Made by a program: the position numbers and the translations under genes. A stretch of 63,930 nucleotides of DNA, the filler included, from Aduncisulcus paluster (lineage: Eukaryota): assembly GCA_024181965.1 (NCBI GenBank). It is 9 parts of 9 records of this genome, joined end to end, with 100 filler letters (N's around TTAATTAATTAA, not from the genome) between each part and the next. Parts side by side here need not be neighbours in the genome. Positions count along the whole stretch, not along the records: positions 45,275 to 62,260 come from BQXS01011737.1; 8 more parts are not named here. One strand, written 5' to 3'. Positions 48,201-59,531 of the stretch are shown piece after piece (the stretch's first letter is position 1; each line of letters begins with the position of its first letter). The notes under the pieces were generated by a model, which made no database searches, was not told the DNA's origin, and worked only from the letters and a program-made list of their open reading frames with translations.

Positions 48201-49719
48201 ACTCCTTCTCACTATTCCAAAATTAGACGTTGACCAGTTATATGTGATTCCTTTTATTGTTACTCGACCCATTGGTGGAGGTGTTACTATCAATCTTGAG
48301 GTTGTTCAAAAGATAAAGAAGAATGTTTCAAGTGCAAATCTCCATGAATCCAAGTCATCTCTTGGGGTATCTGAGTCAAGGATTGTTCGTACATGCATTG
48401 CGTTGAAATTTATCCCAATTCTTAAGGTGGCATGTGCGGCTTTCTGCGAACCTGTGATCCCTTATTGTATTAAGCCCCTACCATCGTCACATTTATGTCC
48501 TTCTTCATCAATAAGCTCATTCTCTTCTCTCTTCTCTTCTCGACAAGGAACAGTGGAGAAACACACTGCCCAGCCTGCTCTAACAAGACGTGGGGCAGCC
48601 TTGTTGTATGGTATCCAACTGGAGCGATATGGTGCTGCCGAAGAGCGAAAGAAAGAGAAAGAGAAAGAGAAAAGGGACATGGAATCTGAGTATTCATTTC
48701 CACTTATGAATAAGAAACCAAAGGAATCCGATGAGGAAAAATACCTAAGATGGGAAGAAGAGCGAGAGGCAGATTCAAAAACTATCAATGTTTCATCTGT
48801 GGCTATTATAAGTGGTTCAGAAACCACACTGTCATTCGTGGATGGGAAAGTATTGAGTGGAATGAGTTATCTCGAAGATCTAAATTTAGATTTGAGAAAC
48901 ATGTTGATGTGTAGTGTGACTAAACACTGGCCTGGTGATGATTTTGATGATTCTGGGCTTGTTGTTGATGAAGAAGATATTGAGGCCATGAAAACTTTAT
49001 GCATGAAGAATTTTGGATTTTGTCTTCTTCCTTCAACACATCCTCGTCTTTTTATCTCTGTTCTTGAGCAATCTAAGCTCAGTCGTGTCAATCTTCTTTG
49101 TGACCAATTTGGACTGGAAATCAGTACTATACAAACCAATCCAACAGAAAAAGATGCAGAAACTGTTGAAAGTGCTTGCTGTGATCATATACATCATGAT
49201 TCATCTCATCCTTCTCCGAAACTCAAGAATATATCTCATGCATTCCAAAGCAAGCATAATCCCATGAAACTGTCATCTCTTTTGCTTGAGTCTTTAGCGT
49301 ATATATCGTGGATGGAAAAGTTACCGAGGGTCAAACTCTCCCCTTTCCCTGTGTCATGTGCTCTCGATCATCCAAGATATGTTCCATTCGGACAGCCTTT
49401 CAAAGTAGTTTTGAATATCCGGACATATGGATTACCCACAGCCCCGAGAAAGGCATTCGTATCCCTCCAACACACGTCCAGTGCATCCTCTCCTCATCGA
49501 TCCTCTTCTCCTCTCGGTCCTAAGGAAAAAAGGGATGTTTTCGTGTGTGGAATGCAAAATAACACACTTACTATCCCAGCCATTGGTGAGAAACGTGTGG
49601 AATATACGATTATTCCTATTTCTTATGGGTTTTCGATAAAACTTCCGATATTTTCAATCGAAATTGAGGGGATCAGTCCAGCCATCCAAACAACTGGAAC
49701 TATATCTGTTGTGCCTTAA
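45275..49719 (+). CDS. TRAPPC11: TRAPPC11 (Gryzun)-like protein, C-terminal part; 5'-truncated; frameshift in the GA run near 47690
   Basis: The C-terminal HPRYVPFGQPFKVVLNI...VFVCGMQNNTLTIP..EKRVEYTIIPISYG...LP matches the TRAPPC11 terminal Ig-like domain. ORFs 45303..47732 and 47662..49719 overlap at a microsatellite. Confidence 0.6.
46955..47684. repeat. In-frame 360-bp tandem duplication
   Basis: Offset 360, one difference seen (47131 A vs 47491 T). The boundaries lie in (GA)n runs. Confidence 0.9.
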
Positions 49720-50130
49720 TTTTACAATAATAGGAAATAATTTTGAATGTTATTCTTGGTTCTTCATCACGAGTTTCTTATGTCCTATCTCCTCATCGTA
49801 TCAAGAAAATTAATAAAATATTATTTTCGATGAACATTAATCCGTATTGGATTTAGGAAAAATAGTGCCATAGGGATGAAAAATAAAGGGGTTAGAATTC
49901 TGACTTAAACTTCACCGAAGTTCGGTTTGTCACAAACCTCTGAGGACGGTCCTCAGAGTCCATAATCAAGAGAGCCTCGGTGTAATTTGAATTATTTCAT
50001 TAAAAAAATTTCTATGGAAATTATTTAAATGCCATTTGAAAACAACTATATGGCATTTCTAAAAATAGGTTCTACAGATTTCTAAATTGTTGACATATTG
50101 TCTTTTGTGCAAACACTTTTGGAAATAATT

Positions 50131-51315
50131 ATGCAAACAGGACAACCTGGAAGAATTGGTGTTCAAACAGCAAAAGCTAACTACTATGGAGGAGAGATGA
50201 TCAGTGGAAATGTTTTCGTCCAAGCTTACACTCCTATTGCTTGTAGATCTGTTTCTCTTACCCTTACCGGTTATGAAAGAGCTAAGTGGCATGAAACTGC
50301 CAGCGTTCGTGTTCCTGGTCCTCCCCCTGGCTGGAGGCCTACCGAGCGTCCCGACGGAACTATGTCCCCCCCTCCTACTCACCACAACGTTAAAATCATT
50401 AGAGAAAACATTGGTGAAAACATTTGTTTCAAGAAAGTCATCCCTGTCTGTACCTACTCCACTGCTCTTCCTCCCGGAACATACACTTACCCATTCCAAT
50501 TCAAGCTCCCCGACACTCTTCCCGGTGTTTTTGCTGAGGTTGGTCCTATTTCTTCCAGTTATGATGATAGTCAGGCTACCATGGGTGAGGCTGCTGTGTG
50601 GGCTCCTGATATCTCTGCTCGCCCTGAGATCCGTCAAGCTCTTGCTCAGAGTCTTGCCATTGAGCGTACCAAGACTGATATCCCCGGAATGACCATTCCT
50701 TCTCGTCTTATGTATTCTGCCCACTGTGCTTATACTCTCGATGCCTTCTTCGATGTTGCTGGTGTCTGGGAATGGGCTGACCTCAGAGGAAGACAATCTC
50801 TTGTCGTCAATGAGCGTATTGATGCTTCCCGTCCTCCTCCACAAGACTCTAAGACTGAGGATGTTGTTGTCTGTTGCTGCTGCAAGAAGGGAACTTTGAC
50901 AATGAGATCCTTCTTCGAGAAGGCTTGGTTCTCAAATGGTGAGACCATTCAGATTATGCTTGGAACTCAGAATGATTCTGAAGTCAATATCGACCGTACA
51001 GTTGTCCGTCTCTTCCGTGAACTCACTTTGATGTCTGGAAATGGAAAGAGAAGGACCTTCAGGAAGATGATTTGTGATTCTTCTCACCCTGGTGTTGCTC
51101 CTATGTCTTCCAATACTAAGCCTGTTCCTCTTCAACTTTCTTCTCGTGGAGGACACATCCAACCCTCTACTAACGGACAATTGGTTAAGAATGAGTATTA
51201 TGTCCAAGTTACATGTGATACCGCTGGTCCATTCTCTCCTGATATTCACCTTAGAGTTCCCGTTCAGATCTTTGAGAGACCTCCTGAGACATGGGGTACC
51301 GCTTGTTGGTTCTAA
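50131..51315 (+). CDS. Arrestin-domain (alpha-arrestin-like) protein
   Basis: YYGGEMISGNV, LTGYERAKW, LPPGTYTYPFQFKLPDTLPG, CCCCKKG and PSTNGQLVKNEYYVQV. The first ATG is at 50131. Confidence 0.9.
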   Translation: MQTGQPGRIGVQTAKANYYGGEMISGNVFVQAYTPIACRSVSLTLTGYERAKWHETASVRVPGPPPGWRPTERPDGTMSPPPTHHNVKIIRENIGENICFKKVIPVCTYSTALPPGTYTYPFQFKLPDTLPGVFAEVGPISSSYDDSQATMGEAAVWAPDISARPEIRQALAQSLAIERTKTDIPGMTIPSRLMYSAHCAYTLDAFFDVAGVWEWADLRGRQSLVVNERIDASRPPPQDSKTEDVVVCCCCKKGTLTMRSFFEKAWFSNGETIQIMLGTQNDSEVNIDRTVVRLFRELTLMSGNGKRRTFRKMICDSSHPGVAPMSSNTKPVPLQLSSRGGHIQPSTNGQLVKNEYYVQVTCDTAGPFSPDIHLRVPVQIFERPPETWGTACWF

Positions 51316-51598
51316 GTTTAATTGATGTATTTTATTACTACTTAAGGTTTAGATTGTATATATTGAAATATTCTTCCAAATTTTGGAGTAAATTTTGTCG
51401 CTATTCATTATGGAGCGATTGGTTGTCCTTTTTTTTTTTCTATCAGACGCTCCTTGAAAATTCTATCGATTATCTCTTTGAAAATACTTGTTTACAATAA
51501 TAAAAACAATAATGCAAGGAAAAAACATATTTCTAATTGGAAAATCTTGAAATGTGCGTTTTTGTCTAGATTAGTGCACTTCAGTTTTTTTAAGTATT

Positions 51599-54500
51599 AT
51601 GTTTGGATCTATTTCAGACCCAGAAAAACAAATATATGATAAAGTCTTTGATTTACTTGCAGATGGAGATGGAATTGTTCAACCGGCCATTCTAGCAGCT
51701 CTCCTTGAAAAAACCATTCTATCTAAAGCCAAAAAAATATTGATATACGAAGTTGCTAATTGTAGAAATCCAAAAACTCGGGAAGAACTATATTCATTTT
51801 TCAGATATGTCGCCCTTGCTCAAAATGGTGGTTCTATTAGCTCTATAAAGACCAATAGGAAGAAATTCCCATTGGCTAAACTTCCTGATATTTCTGATAT
51901 TGATGAAATTGCGAAATATTCATCTTCTCAGAAAGCTCCAAATGTTGTATCTCCTACCGTTTTATCTTCATTTTTTTCTCGATCCGCTGCAATTCCACCG
52001 ATGCACACTCATTTATATTATCCTAAAGAGATCACTCCTCGTGCTTCTCGGCCTAGACTCTCTCGCATACCTAAATCCATGTTATCGGATCCTTCAACCA
52101 TTCATTTCTCTGCCCGACAATTATATCAACAACCCCCAAAGATTAATCCAAAGAAAAAAAAGAAATTATCTTCCCTCGCAGCTACTATGAAAAAGGCTCA
52201 AGCGTCAACGGGATATCATCCATCTAAGTCTTTCTCACATAAAACAGGAGCATCTCGGCCATCATTCAAAGCTATTCATCCCTCGGAGCTTCCTCCCCTC
52301 TCCCCCATGGATCTAGAACAAGGATTACTGCAGCTCCAGGAGCAAGGGCGGACACATCCACATGCTGATCTTACAGCTGGGCTTGAGTGGGGCATGCCTC
52401 CGATGAGTGTTGGAATTGATAGCAAAGAGGTTACCCGTGTTGAACTTGGATGGAAAGCCATGGAGGATATAGGAAAGAAGAAAGGGAAGAAGAAAGAATC
52501 GGATCTCTCTCGCTCCATGAAGTTTATGGGGATGGAGCACGATGGAGACTGGAGTGAATGTAACCTTGGAATGAACGTTAAGGAGCGGTTGCTAGCCGAG
52601 GAAAGAGACCAGGCCATGCAGACGTTACCAGGTACAGTCAGTGTTCCCACAAGTGGTCGGGAATGGATGGCTGACTCAAGACCTTTGGGAGAGAACAAGA
52701 AGGATCTGTGGATGGGAACTGAAGAGTTAGAGGAGGAAGAGGAGGGACGGAAAGACACAATGCAAGAAGCGTTGCATGATTTGGCCCATGACGATGATCT
52801 TGATGAGTTTACTTATTCATCATTTCCATCGAACGTAAAGTTTGATTTTTATACTTCACCGGGAATCTCTTCAATAGTGGCTGAGCAACAGACTGCTGAT
52901 AAATCTTCAAGAAGCGATTATCACGCTCCTTTGCCCTCTGTCCGATCATTTGATTCACTCCCAACAGTCGATTCCACAATCAAAATTGGTGGCCGTAATG
53001 TGACGTTTGCAGCCACATCCGAGCATACATGGACTTCTGAAGATATTCCAAAGCATCCATATACAAACGTTACGAAACCTCCCGATATCCCACCTATTCC
53101 TCCGCAAAAGCTAACATCCAATAGGTTTGAGAGGCATCATAAATCAGGAAATGGTGAGATTGGTCATGATCTTCTTACTAAAACTGCTGGATACTCTTCA
53201 GGAGCCAAAAGAGCAGTGATGGATGGCTTTGTTCGATTCCAGAGCCGGATGAAGGAAGAGACTCTCGTGAATGAACAAGGAAATGCAATGATTCAGGCTA
53301 AACAGTCCCTCCATATGGTTCCCTTGAGACCTTCCGAGGTTGTTGATGCCATCCGTCTGAGTTCAACTAGCACTCCGTCTGGACGGCCAAACAGTCCATT
53401 TCCTATGAGTTCGATTCGTGATCCTTTCCCTCTTCCCGCTGATGGTAAAGAGCAATCTCTCGAGTCTGATATGCACTCAAAGGTGAGTTCTATGGATCAA
53501 GCTCGACTCAAGGATACCATTGCAAGAAGACAAAGGTCTTTCAATAACCTTTTGTCACAATACTCGAGGTTTCTCCTTCCTTTCTCCCGCTCTTCTCTAT
53601 TTACAAGCTCTCCTGAATACTCTTCATTCAAACGTCGCTTCGCACATGTTTGGGGAGATGTCTTGGAACTCTTAGCCAGAATTCAGAGAGTTTGTGAGAA
53701 AGTTTGTGCCGATATGGAAGAAGAACAGCGGATCAAACGTGATTCCAAGAAAAAAGGCAAACTATCGGAATCCACAAGTATGAAAGATATAAATTTAGAA
53801 CATGAGAATGTTGAGATGATTGTTGATGAAGAGTGTGTTGGAGACTCCTCTATGATCTCCGGTGATGTTTCTCTCGATATTAGTGAGCATCAGCCTCTTA
53901 CTACCATCAAAGAACCGATTCCTCCAACGCCTTGTCCTGAACCCATAATTGTTTTCATCGATGGAAAAGCCGTTGGGACAGCCGTGTGTGATGGGCGAGC
54001 TGTTGATATGAGGGAGGTCCAGCAACTCAAACAGTTCATCTTGGTCGAGGATGAGTCTGGAAATGTTCTTCCTCTCTTCACTCCTTCGAAGGTCAACATG
54101 AACAGGAAGAGTCTCTCACGGATGAAAGCAGAGCTTCGTGAAGCCATGAATGGAAAGAAAACACTAACAGAGCAAAAGGATAAAGAAGAAACATTATTGA
54201 GGGATGGAGTACAAAAACAACATGTTAGAGAAGAGGAGGAAGATGGGAAAGAAACAATATTACAGCGTGAAATTGAACAAGAAAGGGATGAGATTGAGAA
54301 AGTATCTATAAATAGTTCACATATCCCTCAGGAAAGTGATACATCTCTCATACCTTCAGAATCTATCTCAAAAGTGGATGAGAAACCCAAGAAAGATTCG
54401 TTAGAATTCAAAGATGTTGTTTCTACCAAGGAATCTGAAGATCAAAGTCCAACTAAAATGAAAGAGAGAGAAGATATACCAAAGGAAGAAGAGCCTTCTT

Positions 54501-57500
54501 CTGACGTGCAAGAAATTGCTTCTAAGATAATATCGGCCTTCTTCAGGATGATCGTACAGAGAAAGCAATTTAATCAGCTATTACATGATAAATTAAAGAC
54601 AGATTTAGATATTTTCACAAGAAGACAGGATTCCTTCTACAATAGTGTTGAAAAGGGGGAATATACTGTGAACTACTATAGACATCGCGATCGAATATAT
54701 TCTGAAATGCAGCGTCAAAGCAAAAAGAAGTTAATTCGCCCCAAAGGAACAGAGTCAGAATCACCTCAACTGCCCCCTATCTTGTCTTCAAAGCGGCGTG
54801 TGTACATCGTGTGTGAAGGAATGCCAGTTTCTGAGAGAACTCAGTCCATTTCTTCCTCTTATTCACTATTTATTAACAATTTCTCGCCTTCTTTAACCGT
54901 TTTGATCCTTGATCCCCATTGTGAGCTTGTAGTCGTCTGTGGAACCCAACCTGATGTGTCCATATTGTCCTATCTCACACGTGTGATGGTTGGGAGGGGT
55001 CTGAGAGAGGATTCTATCAAGAAACGCATTAAATTCGTTGTTCCTGAGAATTACTCAAGATTATCACATATATGTCCACACATCTCTCTCTTCACGTCTC
55101 TGCAATGCTCTCCGCGGGCCCTTTCTCAGATCCAGACTCGAGTCAAGGTCTGTGGAAATGGAATCTTTATTCCACGGCCAGGTCAGCTCACACGGGATAA
55201 CTCTCTTGTCTCTTTCTGTCTATCTGCTAATCTTCATCTCCTCGGAACAAGATCTTCTCCTGGGTTGTTATCAGCTTTCTCAACGAAAAGTGGAGTGTTC
55301 AGGATTGCGGCCTGCGCTGGAGTGTTGTTCGGCCCCGCTTCAACGGACATCACATCAGCTCATTATCTTGCGGTGGAAATGCTAAATATAATATGTAAAA
55401 GTGGTGGATTCGGTGGGACTAACCGTGTCAAGCTGATAGCAGCCAACCTTAAACTCCAAGAAATCGCTCAACAAAAACAAGACCTCTTTGAGCTCATCGA
55501 GAAGGCCCGTGAGACTCAGAACAACGATGCCCTGCATAACCTTGAAGAAAGAGTGAAGGCTATTCTCGTCAAGGAAGATAATGCACGCAAACAAATTGAG
55601 GAGGAAGGTCTGCAAACTGATGAAAGAAGTCCCTCGAATAGGGGAATTACTCATATAGCTCTAATCCCGGAGGAAGGGGAAGCCAAGGCTCTGGTTGGAA
55701 TTGATGCCGCCATTGATGCTCTTTCAATGTGTATGGATGGAGAAGCACTGATAAAAACACTCCAATTGCGCCAGAAAGAATNNNNNNNNNNNNNNNNNNN
55801 NTGAGGAGGAAGGTCTGCAAACTGATGAAAGAAGTCCCTCGAATAGGGGAATTACTCATATAGCTCTAATCCCGGAGGAAGGGGAAGCCAAGGCTCTGGT
55901 TGGAATTGATGCCGCCATTGATGCTCTTTCAATGTGTATGGATGGAGAAGCACTGATAAAAACACTCCAATTGCGCCAGAAAGAATTGACAGAACAGTTT
56001 GGGAGTGAATCTCAAACAACACAGGCTGGAGACAAAGGGGAACAGACTTCAGGTGAAGGTCAAAGTGGAATTGTCAATTGTGTTGTTAAGAATTCTCCCC
56101 TTGCCTCTCCTTCTGTCAAAGGCTTAGATTCTCTTGTTCAACCTGACCTTCTTCCGGCATTCTTATCGTCTCTCTCCGTTGCTCTCGTTGTCACTCAACC
56201 TTATTCTCTCTCCTCTTCCTCTTTCATTGATTTGTTTCTGAAAGGTGGAGGTGTTTTGACAGTTGGGATAGATGAGGATGTTGTCAGACAAGTGATGGAT
56301 GTGCATTTATTTGTTAAACCACTCAGCAACGAAGAAGCTCTGGCGAGGAAACAGAAGAAGAATGTTGTTGACAATGATAAACCAATGCCAGAAGAAACAG
56401 AGAAAGAGTCTTCCGATGGTGGGAAGACCGTCGGTGAAAGCTCAAAGCCTCAGCCAAGCACAAAGAAGAGTTCATCCAGCCCACCCTTCTATGTGTTAGG
56501 ATTTGGTGGACGTCGCTATGCCGATGCTCTCCCTCTTTTCCCTTCCCTGACCTATCACACCCACTCTATATATTCCCCTACACCCTCGACGGTTACTCTC
56601 TCCTCAATAACTCCAGTGGTTGACAAGGTGGTTGCTGAGTGCAGATCGAGAGATTTGTGTGGATACATGACGCTTACTCTTAACCTTCTCGATTGTCGGT
56701 TGTACGAATTACATCAGAAAAGTGCAGAAAAGGAGAGGAAGCAAAGGATGGCTCACGATGCCCAAGCCGTTGTTAAAAGAGAACGAGTGAGAGAAAAATC
56801 CGAGAGGAAGAGAGAAGAGATAGAGTTTGGAGAAGGTATAGAAGAGTCCCATGAGGAATCCACCATGCCGACCTTTATCTCAGAGAGTGATACCATCAAG
56901 GCCACTCACGTGAGCAAGGCTGAACCTGAAGAGCAGCAAACAACCAGTATTGAACAAGGATCTCTGAGAGGACGTGGCTATGATGGTCATCGGTCAAAAG
57001 CGAGAGAGAATACCGCTTCGTCTGTTCTTGGTCGAGCCGAACAGATTGCTGCACATCGATTAAAGGATGCTCAATTCTCAACAACTACTTACGAGAGTCT
57101 TGCTGATGAGATTGATAACTCGGTTTCCTCCAATGTTCAAACTGTACTCACTGGTGAAAGCAACAAACGATTCTTTTCTGTCTTTCCAACATGTTCCCTC
57201 TCAGAGCACCCTTATCTTGACTCCTCTCAACAAGTTTCTCTTGAGTCCATATCCTTTGGTCTGAATCCTCTCCTCTCAACCTATTTATTTGCTCTGTTCA
57301 TGAGTGGATCCAGTGTATGTGAGGATGGAGGATGCTATAGATATGTTCCTTTCCTCGAATATGCCACAAGAAGGGTGCGGAAGAGAGACGTGGGGAAAGA
57401 ACTCGTTGGGGATTCCGAAGGAACAGGTTCCGAGTTCGAGTCTGACCTCGGCCTCTTGTCTCCCTATCCTCTTCTTCCTCCTCTATTTCCTTGGATCTCT

Positions 57501-58175
57501 CCTCAATTCAGGCTTGTTTTCCAGCAATATTATGATGAGGCGGGTGAAAAGGCCCGGGCTGTATTTTCTAAGGAACAAGCTTTAAGTCTTGGATTCGCTC
57601 GCCCTCGAATCCTCTCTCCGACAACTGCTACCTTCTCTCTTGTGTCCATGAATGGGAAATCAGACCCCGTTCCACCGACATCTCTGGCTGTGTGTCTCCA
57701 AGAGGGAATTGCTCGAAGATTTTTATTGACAACCACTCATGTATATCACCAAGGTCTTCTGTACTCTTCCTCTGAACGTCTCTCTGCATGTCTGCGCGAG
57801 AAAGATGAGGGTTTCAAGGCGTATGGGGGTTGTGGGTCTCTTTTGCTATTCCATGGTAGGGTTGGAAGTGGGTGCATTCGTATTGTTTGCACTGATGGTG
57901 AGGATGACGGAGATGATACTGATGTGGAAAAATGGAGATCTGTTCGGGAGCATCATGAAACAGTTTTACAACATGCCAAGAAGGTCCTAGGGAGTGTGAT
58001 CGACAGTTGTGGTGGAATGAAGAATGTTCCGTTATTCCCGCATTCTGACACCGGAAGGGGAGAACTCATCGGAGAACAATACAGGGCCATCGAAGGTGGA
58101 GTGTTGAGAATTGTGGAAAATGGAATAACAATGGGGATTAGGAGATTGAATGCCATAAAGAAGGGGAAAAAATAA
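51599..58175 (+). CDS. IQCH: IQCH-like protein (about 2120 aa) with an N-terminal EH-like domain; one gene split by the gap duplication
   Basis: PEYSSFKRRFAHVWGDV, RIKFVVPEN, LQCSPRALSQI and FSTKSG match IQCH blocks. The ORFs join after collapsing 55597-55781 = 55802-55986. Confidence 0.7.
55597..55986. repeat. Gap-flanking duplication, 55597-55781 = 55802-55986
   Basis: A 185-nt block lies on both sides of the 20-N gap. Confidence 0.9.
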
Positions 58176-58405
58176 TAGGTGAGAAAGTTACTAAATATGG
58201 GCGATACACGGATATTCACTGGCATATTTGAAAAACCTTTATTCGGAAATATTGTCAATTTGAAATTGATTTTAATTCATAATATTGTATCATTCATTGA
58301 TTATTGATCCATTAAGATAGATCTAATGATTATAGTTTTGATTGAAAGTTGATTTATCTAATAAACTAAGCTATATCTCCCATTCTTGTAAAATGTTGAC
58401 CATAT

Positions 58406-59146
58406 TTAGTTTCCCATGATAAAAACTATCCATCCCAATGCAGTATAAAGTAATCCAACGGGATAAATTGCCTCAAATTTCTTACCATCAATCACACTGC
58501 CCGTTATAAATCCCCAACTTGCCCAGACACTATAAACAGTCATCACACCAATAATAACTGTTCTATATATAAAATTATTCCAAAATAGACAGAGTAGAGC
58601 AGCAAAAGATACTGGAGCAAGACAATATCCAAGGAGACACACGGTCTGTAAGAATCCAATTTCTCCTCCGATAAGAATAGCGTTAGCAGTAATAATGATT
58701 GCTGCAGCCCAAATAATGAAAAATCCAAAACTAAAAGCATTGTAATTGTGTCCTTCATCACCTCCTTCGCTGATGGCCAGAACAACCGCAAACAACAAAC
58801 TGAATATCAAAGGGCCCCAAAGATCCCATTCCTCACGAAGAGAGTCTCCTTTTAATGGGGGCCACAGAACATGAGCGAGTTTATGCCCAATAACCTTTAT
58901 ATCACGATAAAAAGTGACCCAAACCGATTCATCCAAAGTGTTGGTTGGAATAGGTACTAGGGGGACTGGTTCTGCTTCAGGAGAAGGTTTTTTTGGTGTA
59001 TCTTCAACGGGAGGTTTTGGAAGTGAAGATATGGGTTCTTTTGGGGGAATTGAGGGAGGAGCTTCTTGTGTCATGGAGTGAGGTGGAGGTGGAGGAGGTG
59101 GGGGATTATCATCGACGTCAACTTCAAAGTGAGGTTCATTATCCAT
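58406..59146 (-). CDS. YIPF6: Yip1-domain Golgi protein, YIPF6-like
   Basis: TLDESVWVTFYRD, WDLWGPLIF, FLQTVCLLGYCLAP and YPVGLLY, with 5 TM helices. Confidence 0.9.
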   Translation of the reverse strand: MDNEPHFEVDVDDNPPPPPPPPHSMTQEAPPSIPPKEPISSLPKPPVEDTPKKPSPEAEPVPLVPIPTNTLDESVWVTFYRDIKVIGHKLAHVLWPPLKGDSLREEWDLWGPLIFSLLFAVVLAISEGGDEGHNYNAFSFGFFIIWAAAIIITANAILIGGEIGFLQTVCLLGYCLAPVSFAALLCLFWNNFIYRTVIIGVMTVYSVWASWGFITGSVIDGKKFEAIYPVGLLYTALGWIVFIMGN

Positions 59147-59531
59147 TATGTATCAATCTTTTTTTGTTTTTTGCAAGAAAAATCATCAAAGATATGGGCA
59201 GTCACGACTGCAACCGATCAGAATATGAAGGTCAGGAATCTGAGAAGATTGGACTCTCGAAAATTAAAATCAAGAAGAAAAAAATTAATTAACTACTTTC
59301 AGTGGGATGATAAATTACGTTATCGGGTTTGTTCTCGCAAAATGGAAAATACTGGGTCTATGCCAAGTTTTAATGGATTATTTTGTTAGTATCTATGAAT
59401 GGATTATTGAAAACTCATCCGAATTATGATTTTATTGCTCCGATGAGAAAAACGAAAATTTCTGTTCGAATTTGCACGAACCAATAATAAGAGGAGGTAT
59501 TTTTTTATTAAAATAATTTTCATTGTAAAAT

